DNA from: Verrucomicrobiota bacterium
Lineage (GTDB): Bacteria; Verrucomicrobiota; Verrucomicrobiia; Limisphaerales; Palsa-1400
NCBI GenBank assembly: GCA_049510745.1
Contig: JBEKYR010000006.1
Coordinates: 64,001-128,000, forward strand
Direction: 5' to 3'
Length of the DNA stretch: 64,000 bases
Position 1 is the first letter of the stretch. Every line of letters begins with the position of its first letter. Below the pieces are notes generated by a model that was given only the letters and a program-made list of their open reading frames with translations, was not told where the DNA came from and searched no databases. The translations under genes and the position numbers were made by a program. This document shows positions 58,891 through 64,000 of the stretch, in pieces.

Positions 58891-58980
58891 ATGAGCGAAG
58901 CTCCGCTCACATCCTTGGCGGAATACAGCCGCTTTCTGGCCTCTAATTGGCAAAGTCCCGCTAAGATTGCGACGGAGTGA
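58891..58980 (+). pseudogene. Truncated cognate toxin-like ORF (MSEAPLTSLAEYSRFLA...)
   Basis: ATG 2 nt after the antitoxin stop; only 29 codons, running into the convergent Yip1 gene. Confidence 0.45.
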
Positions 58981-59740
58981 ATAGTACGGTGAAAAGAATG
59001 CGGAAGCCGTACCAGATGCCAAAAGTGATGAACGCCGCGGTCCGATAGCGAATGGACGCGACCTTGCTTATGCCGAAGCTCAACACGGCCAGCCACCAAA
59101 AATCGACCACGTCAATCATGGACAAAAAGAGATGCGCCTTGTTGGTCGTGCTGGGATTGGCGAGAAAGAGGGTCGGGCTGGCGGTGGCCAGCAGGTTCTC
59201 TTTCCACAAGACGAGCCAGATGCGGAGGATTTTTTGCGGAACATCAATCACCAGCGCCAATCCGCAGACTTCGATCACTTTCATGTAATCAAGCCAGGCC
59301 CCCGTGCAAGCCTTCAGCGCCAGCCAAATCCCCAAACCCATCAGAAAAAGGCCGGCCACGGATCCCAGGATGGCCCCGCCGGTCCCGAAGATTTTCATGA
59401 TCGTCGGTGTCATGAACCGCTCGGTCATGGCCGCAGCCTGGTCTGCTTGCGCCTGGGTTAGTTTGCCCGCCGCAACTTGTTTCTGCACCGCCTTTGCCCG
59501 TTGCTCCTGCATGCCGAGCAAAATGGCCGGCTGCGAGAACGCGACGCTGATATAGACAGCCGTGGCGATGCAGGCCAGGATCAACGGCACCAGCCAGTTG
59601 GAGGCGCGCACGGGCGCGTTCTTGATTTCCTCAAAGACTTCGCCGGGCGCGGCGATGACGTTGGTGAGCCGGTCCGTGAGCGACGAAGGCTCGGACGGGG
59701 CGCCCTCGGGCGGCGGGGGAGGATTGGGTTCGGCATCCAT
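58961..59740 (-). CDS. Yip1 family membrane protein
   Basis: RLTNVIAAPGEVFEEIK, NWLVPL, five TM segments. Confidence 0.82.
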   Translation of the reverse strand: MDAEPNPPPPPEGAPSEPSSLTDRLTNVIAAPGEVFEEIKNAPVRASNWLVPLILACIATAVYISVAFSQPAILLGMQEQRAKAVQKQVAAGKLTQAQADQAAAMTERFMTPTIMKIFGTGGAILGSVAGLFLMGLGIWLALKACTGAWLDYMKVIEVCGLALVIDVPQKILRIWLVLWKENLLATASPTLFLANPSTTNKAHLFLSMIDVVDFWWLAVLSFGISKVASIRYRTAAFITFGIWYGFRILFTVLFTPSQS

Positions 59741-59807
59741 AGAGATTTTATTGATACGCTTTTACCACTTTGGCCCGCCAACGCAACATGTTTCACCGAC
59801 ACATAGT

Positions 59808-61007
59808 TCACCGATTTCCCAACTGGCTATGCTCGTCCCGTTCCCAAAACTTGAGGTCGTCGGCGCAGCCCAGCGAGCGCACATAGGCGCCGTTCCAGTC
59901 CGGCGGCGGACACGGGTCGGGCGGACATTTGCGGGTGGCGATGTGGTCGGCAATATAAAGGGCGGAGGCAAGCGAAAAGCCCGTCGCGCCTTCCTTTTCC
60001 GGCTGATCCAGAAAAGACACGGCGGCGACCACGTTGTCGGGCATTCCCCACAAGTCCAGCAGGTAGGCGCCGATTTGCGCCGGAGTCGCCTGGAAGGCCT
60101 GGCGCAGGCAGGGAGTCAGGGGCGATTCGGCCCGGCAGGCGGCGTCGCAGGCGGCCTGGAATTGGTCCGGGAAGTTGTCAATAAGAATCAGGCGGCCCGT
60201 CTCGTGCAGCAGGCCGGCCAGGAAGGCCTCATCGCCGGTGGCGCGCGGCAGCCCTTGTTCGCGGCAATAAGCCTGCGCCAGCCCGGCCGTTTCCCAGCAA
60301 TGGTTCCAGAGGCGCGGCAGGTCCAGGGCCGGATGGGTGTTGGAGTCGAAGTGTTTGAAGAGCGTTTGGGCCAGGACCACGGCGGCGATCATGCTGGTGC
60401 CCAGGCAGAGCACCGCCTCCGCCGGACTGGTCACCAGATAATCGCGCCCAAAGAGAGGCGAATTGGCCAATTGCAGCACTTTGGCCGAGAGGCCGGCGTC
60501 CTGGGCCACCATCTGGCCAATGGCCGCGCTGGCGCCGCGGCTGTCCTCCAGCTCCGCCAGCAAGGAATGAAGCACCTGCGGCAGCGAGGGCAGCGAGCGG
60601 AGCGCCGTCACGACCGTTTTCAATCCGCTGTCGGCCATCCGCTCCTGGGCGGCAAAGGTCCGCCGCAACAACTCTTTGAGTTTTATCGCGTCAAATGGCT
60701 TGGCCACGTACTGGTGGGCGGAGGTGATCACCGTCAGTTTGTCCAGCGCGACAAAGCCGGACATGATGATGCGCAGCGTGCCCGGCGCGGCCCGGCGCAC
60801 CTCTTCGAGCAATTCGCCGCCCTGCATGTCCGGCATGAGATGGTCGGACAGGATCAAATCCGGCGGGCGGGCCTTGACCGCGGCCAGGGCCGGGCGGGGA
60901 TGGGTGAAGCCGGTCACCTCCGCCCCCGGCGCCAGCGAGCGCACCACCAGGACGGCGGTTTCCAGCACCTCCGGCTGATCGTCAACGATATAAATAGTTC
61001 TCTTCAT
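59808..61007 (-). CDS. Response regulator with HDOD domain
   Basis: IYIVDD, SDHLMP; LPSLP, KVLQLANS, GLLHETG, IGAYLLDLWGMP; start set at ATG 61007. Confidence 0.88.
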   Translation of the reverse strand: MKRTIYIVDDQPEVLETAVLVVRSLAPGAEVTGFTHPRPALAAVKARPPDLILSDHLMPDMQGGELLEEVRRAAPGTLRIIMSGFVALDKLTVITSAHQYVAKPFDAIKLKELLRRTFAAQERMADSGLKTVVTALRSLPSLPQVLHSLLAELEDSRGASAAIGQMVAQDAGLSAKVLQLANSPLFGRDYLVTSPAEAVLCLGTSMIAAVVLAQTLFKHFDSNTHPALDLPRLWNHCWETAGLAQAYCREQGLPRATGDEAFLAGLLHETGRLILIDNFPDQFQAACDAACRAESPLTPCLRQAFQATPAQIGAYLLDLWGMPDNVVAAVSFLDQPEKEGATGFSLASALYIADHIATRKCPPDPCPPPDWNGAYVRSLGCADDLKFWERDEHSQLGNR

Positions 61008-61210
61008 TCTTGCCGGGCAAGGCGGGCAGTATGTCCTGTCCAACGCCGCTTTAGAAGCGCAATCCGCCGGAAATCGTCACGAGGCAGGACGCCGGCGTTG
61101 GCGCAAAATCAACGGGCCTGCCGGACGCGCAGACGCACGGGGCGGAGGGGATGGGCTTGCGTTGCGGCATGAATTGGCTTTATGCTGTGCCTCGCCTTGA
61201 GGCGAATGCC

Positions 61211-62875
61211 GTGAAGATCATTGAGTATCTCAATCAAAGGTCCCGCACCACACTGGTTTTAATCGGCCTGGTGCTGGTGGTCTATATCGGCGAGTTGGAT
61301 TACGTGTCGGGGCCGATGGTCGCGTTGATGGTGTTTTATCTCATCCCGATTTGCTTTGTCGCCTGGTTCGCGGGACGCCGGCCCGGCCTCTTCATCGCCC
61401 TGGTGGCCGCCGCCATCTGGTTCGGGGCCAAATACCTGGATCCCGGATCAATTGACAACCATCCGCTGCTGCTCTGGAATACGGTGCAACGGCTGGGGGC
61501 GTTTGCCCTTTCGGCGGTCCTGACCACCGAAGTGGCCGAGCGCAAGCGGGTGGAGCAGGCCTTGCGGCGGGCGCAGGAGGGTCTGGAACTGCGCGTGCGC
61601 GAGCGCACCCAGGAACTGGCGCGCGCCAACGAAACGTTGCAGAAAGAGGTGCTGGAACGCACCGAGGCGCAAATGCAATCGCGGCTGCTCAACGACACCC
61701 TGGAGCAGCGGGTGGCCGAGCGCAGCGCCGCCGCCGAGCAGCGCGCGCAAGAACTGGCCCGCTCCGAGGCCGCGTTGCGGCAGCAGACCAGCATTCTCCA
61801 ATCCATTTTGAACAGCATGGGTGACGGCGTGATCGTGGCCGACGCCCAAGGGAAAATCCTCCTGTTCAATCCCGCCGCCGGGCGGCTCATTCAGGCGGGG
61901 CTGGGAACGACGGCTCCGGGCGAAACCAGCGACCGTTTCCAGACTTATTTGCCCGACACCCTGAGGACGTATCCGACCTACGAACACCCGTTGGTGCGGG
62001 CCATCCGCGGCGAGGTCATTGACGGGGCGGAAATCTTTTTGCGGCGCTCGGATTCCTCGGAAGGGTTGTGGTTGAGCGCGACGGGCCGTCCCCTGGTCGA
62101 TGAGCACGGGCGCATCCAGGGCGGGGTGGTGGTCTATACGGACATGAGCACGCGCAAGCTGATGGAGAAGCAAGTGGCGGAGATCAGCGACCGGGAACAG
62201 CGCCGCATCGGGCAGGATTTGCATGACAGCCTCTGCCAGCACCTGGTCAGCATCGGCTTTGCGGCGGAATTGTTGCGCGAGAAGCTGGAGCGCCACAAAA
62301 TGCCCGAGGCGGCCCAGGCGGAAGTCATCGCCGAAATGGTCAACGAAGGCATTTCCCAGGCCCGCCATCTGGCCCGCGGGCTTTATCCGGTGCGGCTGGA
62401 ACTGGACGGCCTGGCCTCCGCGTTGGAGGAACTGGCCGAAACGGTCCAGGCCCGCGGCAATGTCGCCTGCCATTTCTCCGGCGAGGAGCAGGTTCTTATT
62501 TACGACGAAGTGGCGGGGAACAACTTGTACCGCATCGCGCAGGAAGCCATCAACAACGCGATCAAACACGGGCATTGCCGCAACATCTCCGTGGGGTTGG
62601 GCGCGGTGGACGATGAAGTGATCCTGACGGTCAAAGACGACGGGGTGGGGTTCGCGGGCGTGCCGGAATCCAGCACCGGCATGGGCCTCCATATCATGAA
62701 CTACCGGGCCAAGATGATCGGCGCGTCGCTGGACATTCGCCGCGGAGCGGGCGGCGGAACCATCGTGCTTTGTTCCTTTCATAATGAGCGCGTGCCGGGC
62801 AAAGGAGCCGGCCCGGCGCCCCGGGCGGAACCCCTGCCCGCGCCGAAACCGACGTTGCTGGGTTCGGCTTCCTGA
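61211..62875 (+). CDS. Membrane PAS sensor histidine kinase, HisKA_3 (NarX/UhpB type)
   Basis: N-terminal TMs, PAS, EQRRIGQDLHDSLCQ, YRIAQEAINNAIKH, DDGVGF, GMGL; GTG start assumed. Confidence 0.9.
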   Translation: MKIIEYLNQRSRTTLVLIGLVLVVYIGELDYVSGPMVALMVFYLIPICFVAWFAGRRPGLFIALVAAAIWFGAKYLDPGSIDNHPLLLWNTVQRLGAFALSAVLTTEVAERKRVEQALRRAQEGLELRVRERTQELARANETLQKEVLERTEAQMQSRLLNDTLEQRVAERSAAAEQRAQELARSEAALRQQTSILQSILNSMGDGVIVADAQGKILLFNPAAGRLIQAGLGTTAPGETSDRFQTYLPDTLRTYPTYEHPLVRAIRGEVIDGAEIFLRRSDSSEGLWLSATGRPLVDEHGRIQGGVVVYTDMSTRKLMEKQVAEISDREQRRIGQDLHDSLCQHLVSIGFAAELLREKLERHKMPEAAQAEVIAEMVNEGISQARHLARGLYPVRLELDGLASALEELAETVQARGNVACHFSGEEQVLIYDEVAGNNLYRIAQEAINNAIKHGHCRNISVGLGAVDDEVILTVKDDGVGFAGVPESSTGMGLHIMNYRAKMIGASLDIRRGAGGGTIVLCSFHNERVPGKGAGPAPRAEPLPAPKPTLLGSAS

Positions 62876-62925
62876 ACGGCAATTAATTTGTTCCATTATT
62901 GGCCGCCACTTGGTAAATAGAAAAC

Positions 62926-63606
62926 ATGTCCGCGCACGTTAAAGCTGAACCGGCAAAGCACAAAGTCTTCCTGGTCGATGATCATCCCCTGGTGCGCGAA
63001 TGGCTGACGCAGTTGATCCAGCGCGAAAGTGACTTGACTGTCTGCGGGGAAGCGGAGGACACGCAGGACGCGCTGGAAGGGATAGAAGAAAGCAAGCCGG
63101 ACATTGTCATTGCGGATATTTCCCTCAAGAGCACGCATGGACTGGAGTTGGTCAAAGACTTGCAGGCGCGGCATCCGGCCCTGCCGGTGCTGGTGCTCTC
63201 GATGCACGATGAATCCCTTTACGCCGAGCGCGTCTTGCGCGCGGGGGCCAAGGGTTACATTACCAAGCAGGAGGCGACCAAGAAGATTCTCATGGCCATT
63301 CGCCAGGTCATCGCCGGCCAAATCTACATCAGCGAGAAGATGGCCTCGCGCATGGTGCATAAAATGGTCCTGGGCCGCGCCGAGGACCAGAAGTCTCCCA
63401 TCGAGCGCCTGACGGACCGGGAACTGGAGGTCTTTCAACTCATTGGCCGCGGCCAGGGCACCCGGCGCATTGCGGCGGAGTTGCATCTGGGCATTAAAAC
63501 GGTCGAATCCTATCGCGCCCGCATCAAAGAAAAACTCAAGCTGGAGGACGGCACCCAATTGCTCCAACACGCCATCCAGTGGGTCCACAGTTTGCAGGAC
63601 CGTTAA
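62926..63606 (+). CDS. NarL/LuxR family response regulator
   Basis: VFLVDDHPLVR, LTDRELEVF, KTVESYRARIKEKL. Confidence 0.93.
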   Translation: MSAHVKAEPAKHKVFLVDDHPLVREWLTQLIQRESDLTVCGEAEDTQDALEGIEESKPDIVIADISLKSTHGLELVKDLQARHPALPVLVLSMHDESLYAERVLRAGAKGYITKQEATKKILMAIRQVIAGQIYISEKMASRMVHKMVLGRAEDQKSPIERLTDRELEVFQLIGRGQGTRRIAAELHLGIKTVESYRARIKEKLKLEDGTQLLQHAIQWVHSLQDR

Positions 63607-64000
63607 TGCGATTGTTTCCGGCGTCGTTTGATCTCCGGTCCTTTGGCTGGCGGGAGTATTCCCGCCTGCTATTGGCTCTGTGCCTGCTCGGGGCGATGGC
63701 CTGGCTTTGCTGGAAGGGCGCGCGGGACCCGGCGATTCCTTTGCTGCCCCGGGGTCCGGCCGCTTGGATTGTCTATCCGTCCCCGCCCCAGGCCGGGATC
63801 AATCCGTGCCGCGAGGTGCCGGCTGATTTCGTGCGTCAATTCGTCCTGGCCGCCCCGCCCGCGCGGGCCGGACTTTCGTGGCGGGCCTTCCGCCGATCCG
63901 GGCTTTCCATCAATGGGGTCGCCCTGCCGCAGACCGCGCAACCGGGCGGGAATTGGAAAGACGTTTCCCGGATCAATGCGGCCCCGTATCTCCGCGCCGG
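63606..64000 (+). CDS. Partial membrane-anchored protein running off the window (not in the ORF track)
   Basis: ATG overlapping the upstream TAA; open to the end: MRLFPASFDL...LLLALCLLGAMAWLCW...AAWIVYP...FVRQFVL...SING...NWK. Confidence 0.7.
   Translation, partial: MRLFPASFDLRSFGWREYSRLLLALCLLGAMAWLCWKGARDPAIPLLPRGPAAWIVYPSPPQAGINPCREVPADFVRQFVLAAPPARAGLSWRAFRRSGLSINGVALPQTAQPGGNWKDVSRINAAPYLRA

Overview
GC-rich bacterial chromosomal window. Gene content and repeat style suggest Verrucomicrobiota; this is my inference, not a database result. Left to right: a type IV pilus motor operon with two PilB paralogues (pilB-pilT-pilB-pilC); two alpha/beta hydrolases and a membrane methyltransferase; System II cytochrome c biogenesis (resB-ccsA); a divergent signalling block (TonB receptor, YfiR, sensor kinase, hybrid kinase; then hybrid kinase, REC-HDOD, REC-degenerate HD); a 2166-aa sedolisin (S53) surface protein; a MurQ/GKRP-like SIS protein; a patch of lower-GC hypothetical genes; tRNA-Ser(CGA). 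A ~13.8 kb integrated island follows, bounded by an exact 18-bp duplication of the tRNA-Ser 3' end (39581-39598 and 53353-53370), with the displaced terminator after the right copy. Just inside both ends lies a second, nested pair of tRNA-Gly 3'-end repeats, one flanked by integrase-arm-like repeats. The cargo is VKOR-DsbA, a GH54 arabinofuranosidase, an oxidoreductase, a truncated chimeric VirD4-like ATPase and a cut-off type III-B CRISPR module (cas10/cmr2, cmr3, truncated cmr4). No CRISPR array and no integrase were found. The right end holds a Tat-exported GxGYxYP protein, hpnJ-hpnH, an orphan antitoxin, Yip1, REC-HDOD and a NarX/NarL-type pair. Family calls come from recognising motifs by eye; no searches were run.
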